A stretch of 64,000 nt of DNA from Balanoglossus misakiensis (taxonomy: Eukaryota > Animalia > Hemichordata): assembly GCA_040954595.2 (NCBI GenBank), contig CM082576.2, forward strand, positions 6,327,129-6,391,128, in the 5' to 3' direction. Both the position numbers and the translations under genes were made by a program. The stretch's first letter is position 1; every line of letters begins with the position of its first letter. Under the pieces are notes generated by a model. It was given only the letters and a program-made list of their open reading frames with translations. It was not told the DNA's origin and made no database searches. Positions 24,422-37,190 of this stretch are shown piece after piece.

Positions 24422-26756
24422 AGTGATTACAGGTATAGATGAGCATGAGAGTTTTTTTTTAACCAGCATCACTATGGTAACTATGTAATATCTACTTGAA
24501 TATCCAAAATATGGTATAAGAAAAAAAATAACACTTGCATCAAAATCTGCTATACCTTGATGTAATGTACACAATAATGTCAGAATTCAAAATATCTTCC
24601 TCCATTGTCTGGAGTTGTTTTTCAACATTCCTCTCATACATCTGTCACATGATATTGCTATCTTTAACACATAATAAAAGCTTTCATTTTTATTCTTTAT
24701 AAATAATTGATAAATCTTCATTCATGCAAACAAAGTCTTTTGTTCACCTGCTAGGCTTACTTGCATTATTTCCCACTTGTGGGTGAATCGCTCCAATTGT
24801 ACCACATTTCTATTGTTAGAAACGTTATTATTGTATGCAGGGATTGAATGTATACAAGTATCAGTGGATGTTTACAGCTCACTTTAAAATGCTTTTCAAG
24901 AACAAATCTCTTCAGACACATAGAAACCTCCATTTGTGATTTTCAAAACAGTAATTGATAAAGCATTTTGCTAACTAACTGTGAACGAATGTCATACAAA
25001 TAATAATAGAATCATTTACCAGATTTATCTTTGAAATGTTATTCATATGAAAAAATATACCAATGGTAGATTTTGTCACTGAATTTTAAAGTATAATGAT
25101 AAAGTTTATTAATTTGACTGGTTTTAAATATGATTTTCAGAATATTAAAATTTTATGAACAACGCACAATGTTAGCATTTTTAGCTTTGTCTTGAGTAAT
25201 TCATGTTATTTATTTGTACGTAACCAGTTTATATTATATTTACATTGTATTGTATTATTAATCAGAAATCAGATATTATGTGTTTGATATATCCCCGGTA
25301 CATGTATGATGGAGTGTGTCATAATTGAAATCTGGAGACGATCATTGTGCATACAAAGATTTTGTTATTTATTGTATTCTTAATCTGATCGTAGTGGCAC
25401 CTAAGAATATCACAAGTTCACTGTTACTCTGTTACAGTTCTTCAATCAATAAACTATTCATTGTAGTGCATTCGTGTGAATCATTTTAGATTAATTGAAT
25501 TTGCGTTTTTTATCAAATTTATTTGGCGTTGTCTCATCCAATCGGTCGTTTTTCATTTTCTGGATTCTGATACAAAACAACCATGTTAATCGTGGTTTCT
25601 TATGAACTTCAAGAATAGATACCCGTAGACAAAACTGATGGCCACTTCGTTTGAACCACCAGAATGATAAAAGACCAGCAAATGAGCCTAGAATATTGAA
25701 GGGTCTGGAAACCTTTATTGTCCCAGACAGAGAAACTGTGGCACACAGCCCCCCAAAACGTGACAACGTGAACTCTACTAAAAATAGTAACATAAAATAA
25801 ATACTACCGGTAGTAGTAAAAAATAGACTCTGCCTGCCGTTTAGCTGGCTGCCATCGCCTAAATCCAAATGAAGCAAGTTGCTAAGTTCAAATGACTTGA
25901 CCGAGAAATTGAATGTATACTTTGACTTGGACTATGTTAGCTTGCACCATCACGTAAATTGTTCATTTTCTTACCGTGAATGAGGAACAGTTTTGAAGCA
26001 ATTACAACCAATGTGATGTATAGCATATCACTCTTTTACCTGTATGGGAAACAAAATCACCAGTACATATTTATGACATCCATGTAATTTAACTGGCTCT
26101 CAAGTTCAAGTTGAATTTAATTGCATTGGATATTTTCAGCAAGGAGTGGTCACATCATCTCTCCAAAACAAAGAACAAAGTGCACTGGTTAACAATCTAC
26201 CCAGATGAGTTAATCAGCTTTGCTATTAAATCTATTTTTAGAGAGTGGTAACACCAAGTACGCTACCTGCTTTTTTGCCAGCTGCTGGTACGCTGTTTTT
26301 GAGACACTGATTACTCAAATATCTGACATTGACCTGCTGTGTGTCACAAGACTCAAGGTATGTCTCACCAGTTGAATTGATTATCATAGTCCGTGATTTC
26401 CACATTTCTTCACTGCCTTTTAAATCTGTGTTGTCATCTGTGGAAAAATAAGTGGTGATTCATGTTGTAGTGTACAGGTGTGTGTAGTGTGTACAGAGTG
26501 GACTTGTTATCTGAAGGACATGGTCATCTGAAGGACGTTTACATTTAACTTGAAAAAAATGGTTTTGTATGATTTGATTGAATGTTTTGAAACAAATTGA
26601 CCACTACAGCGATTGACAGATTTCTTTTTATTTAGTTGTACAATGTACATGTACCAGTATATGTTATACAATCTTCATCTCCTGCAAAAATGTTTCTAAT
26701 ATTCTAGTGTAATTTGTGGGGTATCCTGCCAACCGAAGACACTTCCATCCATTGAG

Positions 26757-28106
26757 ATGGATCGAGATAACGTCATCAAACCTGCTGGAGAGTGGTTTGA
26801 CAACAGCAAACAACTCCTGGAGAATATTGGCACGCTGTACAACAATCCAGAAATCAGTGATCTCATCCTACATGTTGGCAAGCAGACGTATTACGCACAC
26901 AGAGTGTTGCTCGCCATGGCAAGTGATGTTTTCAAAGTGATGCTGACGAGTAAGACGTGGAAGGATTCGAGCCAAGAGGAAATTTGTCTCGAGGAACCGT
27001 GCAGCGAGGGTGTCTTTGGAGAGTTTTTGAAATACATGTACACTGGACATATCTACATAACGTCTGGTTCGGCTGCACCTTTGCTGATGTTGGCGGACAA
27101 GTATAATGTGACGAACTTGAAGGAATCGTGCGAGTCTTTCATGATGCGCAGCTTTGTCAGTTCGCCACAACAAAATCATGTTTTGTCTTGGTATCAGTAC
27201 GCCAAACAGTGCGCACAACACTCACAGCTGGAGTCGACTTGCTTTGAGTTCATTCAGAATAACTTGGATGTCATTATGGAGTCACCAGGCTGGGTAGACT
27301 TAGACAAGGAAACACTGCTGCTGATTGTAAAGAGCTCTGACATCATTATCAGCAGTGAGTACAAACTCTACAATGCAGTGGAAAGGTGGTTGGAGCACCA
27401 ATCGAACATCCACAACACCAGACAGAATCTCAGAGAAATTCTACCGCACGTCCGCTTCCCGATGATGACGCCGGAACAGCTGATCACCATTGAGAAGCGG
27501 AAAGTGGTTGTGGAAAACTGGTTCCTCTACATGGAGCACATGATGAAGGCCTATCGGTTCCATGCTGTCTCGCAGGGGGCGCGACAACGCGCAGAGCTTG
27601 AGGAGGACGGCGAGGAGTACTCGCACAGAAACTACACCGAGAGTGAACACGGCGTGTGTCTACCTATAAACATTCCAAACTACTCCAAGAGAAAGCCGTT
27701 TGAATATTCGTGCCACGTGGAAACTGCCAAGACCGGATCAAGTGTGGACAGATCAAGCAAACACAGGTGGGACTTGCAGTTCTGGCCAAAGGGCCAACAG
27801 AAGCCAGCTCTGACAGAGTTTGGAAATGCGTACGTACTACAGACGGAAGATGTGACCCTAGCGCTCAATCCACTGGGAAGGATGGAGGAAACTTTCCAAA
27901 TTGTGGTGGCCATCCAGGGATCCAAGAACGGCATCACGTACATCAAGGATGCGTATCGATGCACACATGATTTCAGTGTCAAGATGAAGTTTAGAATACG
28001 GAATATGTTCAGTCTGAGTGAGCTCATGGATGGCAACTCTCAGTATTTACACAATGACGGTTTGGTGGTCAGACTTATTGTTAGACCCTGTAAAAGTCAG
28101 AGATAA
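26757..28106 (+). CDS. BTB/POZ-BACK protein (BTBD17-like) paralog 3, single coding exon
   Basis: 449-aa ORF; NNPEISDLILHVGKQTYYAHRVLL, NHVLSWYQYAK shared with paralog 2, VRFPMMT, RWDLQFWPKG...YLHNDGLVVRLIVRP. Confidence 0.93.
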   Translation: MDRDNVIKPAGEWFDNSKQLLENIGTLYNNPEISDLILHVGKQTYYAHRVLLAMASDVFKVMLTSKTWKDSSQEEICLEEPCSEGVFGEFLKYMYTGHIYITSGSAAPLLMLADKYNVTNLKESCESFMMRSFVSSPQQNHVLSWYQYAKQCAQHSQLESTCFEFIQNNLDVIMESPGWVDLDKETLLLIVKSSDIIISSEYKLYNAVERWLEHQSNIHNTRQNLREILPHVRFPMMTPEQLITIEKRKVVVENWFLYMEHMMKAYRFHAVSQGARQRAELEEDGEEYSHRNYTESEHGVCLPINIPNYSKRKPFEYSCHVETAKTGSSVDRSSKHRWDLQFWPKGQQKPALTEFGNAYVLQTEDVTLALNPLGRMEETFQIVVAIQGSKNGITYIKDAYRCTHDFSVKMKFRIRNMFSLSELMDGNSQYLHNDGLVVRLIVRPCKSQR

Positions 28107-28856
28107 TTCTCCTCTGTAAATATGAGATCAGCACCCTTTGAAGTCACTCTCAATACAAAAGTCAAATTTTGTTTCCAAATGTTTTGTAAGTTCACGTTGT
28201 TGCCCAGTGCGCTTTTAAGGGAGCTTAGCTGCCAACTACCAGATAGGTATGTGACCTCATGTGACCTTTGGACTGATCACCACTTATATGCCGAACTGAT
28301 TTAACAGCCATTCATAAAAGTACAAAACACTTCAGTGTTTTAGCACTTTCATCAAGGCCAGGGAATTCTGACTTTCTTTTCCATTTGGTCAACAGCAAAT
28401 TTTTTAGCATGTAAACTGCCATTCTGATGCTGCGAGTAACGGTATATACATGTATACAACTTCAACATCACACCCGACTGAACCTATGAATTTTATATAT
28501 AAAATGAACTTCTGATATTGAAGTTTTATTTCAGGTACTATAAAATGGTAGACATGGCACTTGTGATCAGTCTCACCAAAATACATGACACGCATACAGA
28601 ATCCAGTCGTCTGTTGCAATGGTCCTTGGCAATACCCAGACCTATTCTGTCACTGTTTCTTCAAAAAGAATGGAGAACTTACACTAGCAGTATCTTGCCA
28701 CAAGTCTAGCCATATCCTTTGAGTTTCAGCTATTGTACGTACACACTTATCTGTGCTGGAATCCAGGCATATACTGTAAAGCAGTACATGTATTAAAGTG
28801 GTACCATGGTACCACTACAGCCACTTCAATCTACACTCCTGGTCTGTGTATTGCGT

Positions 28857-31800
28857 TCATGAAGAAGTGGATGGACCAGTGGGTTTGAAAGTGCCCGTCG
28901 TCCTGCCACCCAAGTTCCTGATAACTGCAGATGCCGGAGCCATGAGCACTTTCCGAGATAACCGCATCTTACCGCTCACTGGATCCCGTCCGTAATACTT
29001 GACAGAGATTTCTTGGCCCACTTCGAGACCTAGGACACTGGGGTGGTTGACCTGGAAATATCAAATATCTGTTGTGACCCCTGACAGACTTTTATATTTT
29101 GTGGAAATGTTGAGATAGCACATTGATTTTGTCTGAATATACGGATTATCATGTCTAAGCTTACCCTCCTCACATCCAGCTGTGAGTTGTGAAGTAACGT
29201 TGGTGTCATGTTCGGATATAACTTCAACATCACACCCGACTCCCTGCAAAAATATACAAACACGGCATCAGCATTCAACTTTCAAATACAGGAGTCAGCA
29301 ATGGTTGTGGCTGACAATTAAAAAGTACACATATAGATTTGGATGTTTTACCTTATTTCTGTGATAGTTGCAGTATATACAGCACCAAATTCTAATTCCA
29401 TTTCCCTCTGGATAGAAAAAGAAAAAGAATACATACAGGTAATATTTTTGCCTTGTGGGAGAGAGGGGATGTGAAGTAAGTTGGTACATACACAGAACAC
29501 CCATAAACAGCCAAACCTTCGATTTGGGAACAATTTGCTGCTACGAATATTCCTGAATCAAGCAACATTAGACTTTTACAGCTACGTGTACTCACATCGT
29601 CTTTTAGCAATTCTTCGATCTGTTCCTTGGCTTCATTCATTGCACTTGGAGTTGGAGCAAATATGGAAAAATTAGACTCGTCAACCTGAGTTATACTGAC
29701 ACCTGTCAAGGTACAAAATACATATATACTATATTATCATACATGAACTTCACTTTCAATATACTAGTGGTAAGTGAATTCTCTCAGAAAGCATGTTTGC
29801 GTTTGTCATCTATGACACCTACCTGTTTCTGCTCTGATTTTTCTGATGTTGTATCCACCAGGTCCAACAAATCGAGCTCGTCTTGATATGGGAACTTCAA
29901 TATTTTCTTTGAATAAATAAAGAAAAAAGACATACATTATAATCAAAACTGCAATATTCAAGATGGACAATTAAAATGCTGATCCAGTTTGGTATGACAG
30001 AATGCAGCTTGTCTGAGCTGAGACAGAACTTACCATACACTGGTCCATTGTCCTTACGGCTGCTCCTTGGTTTGCGAATCGCTTTGGCCATGATGTTCAG
30101 AATTTCACTCTTAGCTGACGTAGCCTGCTGTATGGCTTCCATGACAACTTTGAGAGGTAATCCAGGAAGTTTAATGTCAGCCTACACATGGAAACAAATC
30201 ATCCAACAAGTTTAAATGATCCTACTTTAGATGGTTTGAAAAAGATCTAGCTGTGGCTTGATATTTTTGTCAATCAACACTGACCTGTAAGGCAGTTATA
30301 CCCTTCTTTGTTCCAGTCATCTTGAAATCCATATCACCCAAATAATCTTCTATGCCCTAAGTGAGAATGAATAATAATATAAATGTAAATTGTGATATAA
30401 ATGTATACAGTTTCCAGTCACAATGACTACTTGTACGAAAAGTGGCAATGAACAAAGTATCACATACCAATATGTCTGTCATTAATCTGTAGTCTTTGAT
30501 ATCTGCTGGGTTGTCAGGGTCAGTCTTTGTTACCAGACCGACAGCTACACCAGCCACTGGTGATGAAATTGGCACACCTGCAATATTGACACAAATTTGA
30601 CCGTTGGTGGCGCCAGAACATCAGTCTTTGACAACAGTGTGATGTGTCATTGACCAACAAATCAGACATGTCTAGGTACCAATTGTGACAGATAATCCTC
30701 TTTCTCTGCAGGTAGAATCCAACAGTGAGTGATATTTGACTTACCTGCATCCATCAGGGCCAGGCTTCCTGCACAAGCTGATGCCATGGATGATGAACCT
30801 GACACAGGGATGAAATTTATGTTAGTTCAAAGATTATCAACCCATATTGCTCTGAAGCCTAGAACAGGATTCATTTCACATACACGCATGGTGCTGTACA
30901 AACTTAATCTGATGTAGCAAAGAAATCATGTTTCTATTTATCTCAGCACTTACCATTGGATTCTAGTACTTCAGACGTGAGTCTAATTGTAAATGGAAAA
31001 CCGTGGGGAATGACTGGTTTTAGTGCCTTCTCTGCAAGAGCACCTGTGAAATGGAATGGTCACAAATGCACATTTACAACATAATAAGATTTCCAACATA
31101 AAGAAATGCAATCTCAATGCATTACCTCAACTTGCCAGTATGATAAATACACACTGATATCTATGACAAAGACTTCATAAAACTGACCTACCATGACCAA
31201 GTTCTCGTCTACTTGAAAACATTCGCCCTGTTTCATTGGTTGCATATGGGGGAAACTGTAAGACAATTGGCAAGACTTCAGTCAGTGTCACAGAAGGAGC
31301 CAGTACTAATGTACCATCATAACAATGGCTTGGTGGATAGATGTACAGGCAAGTGAGTACTGCTAGAATAATGTCAGGATGGTCACATTCCGAAAATGTC
31401 ATACAAAAACTTGCTCAAACAATTACATAATACCGTAACTTTTCACTGAAATACAACAAAACTTCTTGACAGAAATAACACCAGGGCTGCCATAACACAT
31501 ACCTCATAGTGCAGCATAAAGTTTTTGTCTTTTATCACCCTTTAAAAAAATATATAAAAATATGTATGAGTAACATCATGTATAAACAGATTACTCCTGG
31601 TACAGAGTTCATATTTAATTCTTAGAGCCAAGATATTCATATGATAAGCGTGTAATCATGTTCAACATGATCTGTCAGTATCTTATATAATTATGAGTTA
31701 ACTTGAATGTAGCAAAGTGGAGCTTCGCCCACATAATCACTATGTAATGACAGCTAGTATAATGCACATCATTTGTATTTCACTGTATGACATAACACTA

Positions 31801-34800
31801 ATCTCTATATCTTACCCAACTGTATCTGTGACAGGGTCTGCCTTGATGGCTGATTCAATGGAATCAAATGTAACTGTACATAAAACCTGGAAAGTAAAAT
31901 GAAACGGTGAACATTCAATACCACTGGTTGGATGCTAATAAATGATCAAATGTCAAAATAAGATTTTCAAATTTCATACATCATGTACTGTTACGTAGAG
32001 TTTTTTTTAGAAGGATAAAATCTATCCAATTATCATCTGCTAAACACGACCTTACTGACACTAATGATGCAAAAATATGAACTCACCTGTGTTTGACCTC
32101 TTTGAAATAAAGCAGACCCATGCAATGGTTCGTACAGATCCACATCACAACTGATGTCTCGAAGATCGGTCAGACTACGCCCATCACACCTGCCCAAAAC
32201 AACATGCAAATCTGTCAGACCACAGCAATAATCTGCTGATCAGGGTAGATTTTGCATGAGATCTCATTTACAGGAAGAGCCCTGAGCTATCAACTCCATT
32301 ATAGTAGACTGAAGATGCATGTTGATTGATTATACAGGTGTAGGCTAACTTGAAACCACTCACCTCCTGTATTCATCTAGTATAATACTTCTGAATGTGT
32401 CCTTCACTACAGAATTGAAAGCCTCTGCGATTACGAAAGATTCTGTTTCAGGAAACTTTTCTGGAAAGTAACAAGCATTAATTTCCAGTTAACAACTATA
32501 ATCAGTGCTTATTAAACTGTGTATCTACTTTGGAAACAATAATCTCAAAATGAACACTTCGCAAAATAAACATCCAAAAATAAACATTTAAAGAGCAAAT
32601 TTAGCAGGAATAGGTCCATTAAAATAACATACTAACCTGACAGTTTTTCGAGACATTCTGTTCTTATTTCTGTGACAGCATTATCTCGTGAGAACTGTGA
32701 TGGAAAAATGAGAACAGGCTTATTTAAAAGAACTGCTGAAATGAAGATCATGACGTTATAAAAATTTATCAAAAAGGTTATAAAAAGCAATGACCAATAA
32801 TCTCTTTGAACTGACATATCTGAATGAAATCTCTCATAAAAGAAACGTTTCATAATACCCCATCTACTACTACCATCCATACCTTGTGGTGAGAAAAATC
32901 TGAGAATACTTGATAAAGTCCGTCTCTAGCCATTCTGGAGAGAAGATTGAGAGAAACACCTGTGATATCACTCTGTGGCCTTTAATGGCATACTTCATGT
33001 ATGTTCAAATATTTGGATATTTGTGTGTGAAAATGAACTTCAAAGTCATAAAATATAACAATTGATAAAAAACAATACTTCTAATTACTTACTCTTTTGC
33101 AGCATCTTCAATTTCCTCTGATGTAAGACTGACAGGTTCAAATTCTCTCTTGTCTTTTGCGTGAGTTTTACACAACTTATCAATACCTAGGATAATCTGT
33201 TGGACTTCTTTAATTCCTAATTTAATACCTTTGCAAAAATCGTTCTGTAAAATATTCTCTGCTGATGCCTCAAGCATAACTGAAATGCAATTTGGAAAAT
33301 ATACTTCGCATGAACGGTAGGTAAAATAAAATATTTTTGGTTTCCCACAGGAATGCCCAGTGAGAAAAATTGAAAAGTAACTACCAAGTTATTCATTTGG
33401 AGTATTTTAGAAAAAAATCCTTACCTACATTACTTTTTCTTGATCCCACTACGACTAAATTGAGTTGACTTCTGCTTAATTCAAGTCTGGTTGGGTTGAT
33501 CACAAATTCTCCATCAATATGGCCGACTTTGACAGCCCCGATAGGACCATTCCAAGGTATGTCAGATACAGCAAGGGCAGCCGATGCTACAAGCAGAGAC
33601 AAATGAAACATCACTAGCAAATACAATAGAATCCCATATGGTGCATGTCTGTTGAACATCAAATGTTCCAAAATTCCCTTGGTCTATGGCATCAAGATCT
33701 TAGGCTGATTACAGCACTGAACGTACACATCGGGGTTTAAAGCTTACAAGCCTGTTGACCTTAGATTTACACCACTTTACATCCTACATTTACACCTTTA
33801 GGATACTGGGCTAATGCCTACCGGTAGATGAACACCTTACCTCCATTAATGCTTAGTATATCAGCTTCATTTGCACCATCCAATGCTAAGGAATTACAGA
33901 TAATCTGTTGATATCAGAAGAAAAGACTGAAATTAAAATTTTCGTAGGATGTGAAAAAAGAGTATACATGTAGTACATTTACTCAACACACACAATCAAA
34001 ATATTTAGATTGTTTATTATTTGTAATCATTGTTAGATGGTAAAGTTAACCTCATCAAGGCTCATATCCAAGAAATCAAAATATAAGCACACAAAATAGT
34101 ACAAAGAAGGGACAATGAATACTTGTCACTTGCCTGAGTTTCATAAAAATATCCCGCGGGAAACAGAGGTCTTAGTGATCTGTCTGTGAGAGGGAAATGG
34201 ATTATAAAATGTTACTGCTATCTATTTTCAGATCAGAAACAAATAATTCACAAATACAACCTTCATTGTCTTGCTCACATTTTGATCAGTTTGGGAAAAA
34301 CTCAGCTGACTCACCAATCATTCTGCTTGTGAGAATTTCAACATCGGTTGGGCCACGCTCTCTCCTCATATGATTCATTGGGATCCGACCGGCTGCAGCA
34401 GCTTTCTGTCGATAGTCAACCTGTCAATCAAACCAAAGCAAGGATTGTACAAATGTAACTGAGCCAATCAAATACCGCAAGTCGATTTAAGGTCACTCAC
34501 AAAGTTGAACTTTCCTTTGAAAACAGACAACATTTGGAAAGGCTTTAAAAGTTACGACACTTACCGTCAGGGGCAAGAAAGATGCAGATGATGATGGTTT
34601 GGTTCTGCTAACTGCGGTCACCATCACTGACGTCTCTCCCATCTGTCAAATACCACATATCGAACATATTGAGTCAGTTTTGCATGTGAACATTTGGACT
34701 GAACAGAAACATCTTCAGAATGAACATTAATTTAATAATTGACAAAAATACTACTTGTGATAAAATATCCTTTTTCAACTATATACACTTTACAAAGAAT

Positions 34801-35639
34801 ATCGAGAACTCATGACATATTTACATTTCCTGTGAATAGATAGCGTTCCAACTGCCCACTAATTTTATTTTGCTACTCACAAAATTAAAAGAAATAAAAT
34901 TACCTTCGCTACAATGCATCCATCAGCAAATCTTGCAAGTTTACCAGTGGATAATCTCAGCGGTCTACAAGTGTTGAAAGTACACAGAATGGTAAATCAT
35001 TCAACAATTACATACACAACAATGTATACATAGTATCCACTTTTCTTTTCATGAACAAAGCTCAACTTTGTGTTGAATTACTACATATTTACTAATGGTA
35101 CATATATCAACTTCTCAGCAAACCGCCTATATATGATATATATAGTCAGAAGTAGTCTAGAATCCGGACTTTCATGCCAGTCCCGATTCCAGATTAGAGG
35201 TAGTCATTCTACCAGTTTACATTTGCGTGTGTGTTGGTATTCTCTAAGTATTGACAGGTGAATGGTGACGGGACAGGTGATATGGTGAGGACAAATGGAA
35301 AAGCTTGCCTGCCACCGTTTTGAATGGAAAGTCAGTCATACGCGTTCCCGCTGCAATCATCGTAACTAAGGGAAACGCCCACACCAGTCCATGCATTGCA
35401 TGCATTGTAACATGTGTAATTTGCAATGTACGAGTACAAACCACGCGTTACCTTGTGCCGACCTGTATTTCGACATCTCCCGCGCTTGCGGAGTTTTTCC
35501 ATGGGTTTAAATGATTCCACCGTCGACACTTTATTACATGGTTGTTATTTATTTCAGATAAAAGGACGCCATTTCTGTTGAAATGCGTATTTTGGCGTAA
35601 AAACGGAGAGTTTCTCAGAGTCCTGATGCGCGCCGCCAT
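28857..35639 (-). CDS. PNPT1: Polyribonucleotide nucleotidyltransferase 1, mitochondrial (PNPase), multi-exon
   Basis: Arg-rich presequence [16 protein letters not shown]; exons [58 protein letters not shown]...[28 protein letters not shown] and S1 exons ([15 protein letters not shown]; [18 protein letters not shown]); stop TGA 28857-28859. Confidence 0.96.
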
Positions 35640-37190
35640 GTTTTGCCCTTTAACCCTACAATCAGGCTCGTTCGTACACATGAAATAATTCCACGGTAAG
35701 AAAGTATCTGAAAGTATCATACTCAAATAGAATACGCAAATTAATTGTTTTTGGGATCATTTTCCAACAAACAATATGCGTCGAGCTCATAGTCCGCAGA
35801 TATTTCGACAACATCAACCGATCTCAAATTTTAGTGCGGGCAACAATAACCCCGGAAGTACTTTGAGAGGTTAGAGTTTTACAGTTACAAACAAATTAAT
35901 GGATGCATAGGTTCTCGCAGGCGAAGCCAATAATAACCCGCACATTGGTATGAATTAACCGTACGACTTTCATGGCGCAGGTGCGGTGTAGTTTCTATGA
36001 CGTGATGTAGTGTGATGCGTCACGAAATCGATTGAAATCGGAGGGGAACGACCCTGGAGAAGACTGGAGACGAGCGAAATCATTTGTGTTCTTTGTTTTG
36101 TTCCACTATCAAGGTAAGCCATCAGAGTATCAGTCATGGGGATAATAAAGAGCATTGTTGGATGTAGAAGTCTATGCATTGCAAAATAATCACAAAGTAT
36201 GGTAGAGTAGATATAACTGATGAAGCAAAAAAAGTGAAAAGGAGAGTTCATACAAACGATTAATTATAATTACACATTTATTAATTATAATTGAGCCATC
36301 ATTTTGATGGTATCACTATCATTTTTTCTAAATATGACCTCATATGATTTCAAACTAGTTCCTGCATCCTGGAGTTAATATATTTACACTGGTCACATAG
36401 TATAAGTGACAGCTGGTTATAAACACCATGTGTATTAACTCTTTGGACCTGGCTTGGAAAAAGGCTTCATATTAAGTCACTAGGGGAGTCAGGATTATAT
36501 TGTTTGCCCATGTATTTCAGTGATGATAAAAGAATGCAAATTTAAGGCTTTTCCTGGAGCAACCATAAGCCAATAAGCAACTGGAAGTGATGTCATCCCT
36601 TCCCATATGTGGTCTGTTTATAGCATTCGCTTTACAAATTGTGGGTATTTTTGTCAAATTGTCATTACTCAGTGGTTGTACGGTGATCGCCAGTCATATA
36701 CTTCTTGTTTATGAAATGGACAGAAAATCATCAAATGTAAAGGTAATCTGAATGGCAGTCAAGAGTTTTTTATATCAAGGATGGCATCAGCAGTAAGGGT
36801 TGTCCGTCTTTGCAGAATTTTCGGGGGATTCCACTCTGGCATGATGTGTAAAGACAGCTTTTATTGTGAAGGAAAGTGTAACTGAGATCATTTCATGCAC
36901 AGCTGGTTTGCATTCCGCACAATTTGCTAGGGGGTGCCAACATGTCAACAGATGGTGAATACCAGATGACCGTTTCTAGATGAACCACTGCAGTACAGTG
37001 TTTTTCTCCCTGTGTTAAATACACATCATACCGGTATTTTCTTTCCACAAGTTTTCTGTTTGAATGATAAACTATTCAGCCTGGTTAAATGCCAGGTCCC
37101 TCTCTGCCCAAGCAAGAGGAGATTGTTACAAGCTGCTTTTGTGTCACAACTTTTTTGTAGGTTTCATTTGTGAAGCGACTGATAACATTG

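Noticed and set aside
25491-25877. 128-aa minus-strand ORF between BTB2 and BTB3
   Set aside because: Non-ATG start, no motif, no supporting exon structure.
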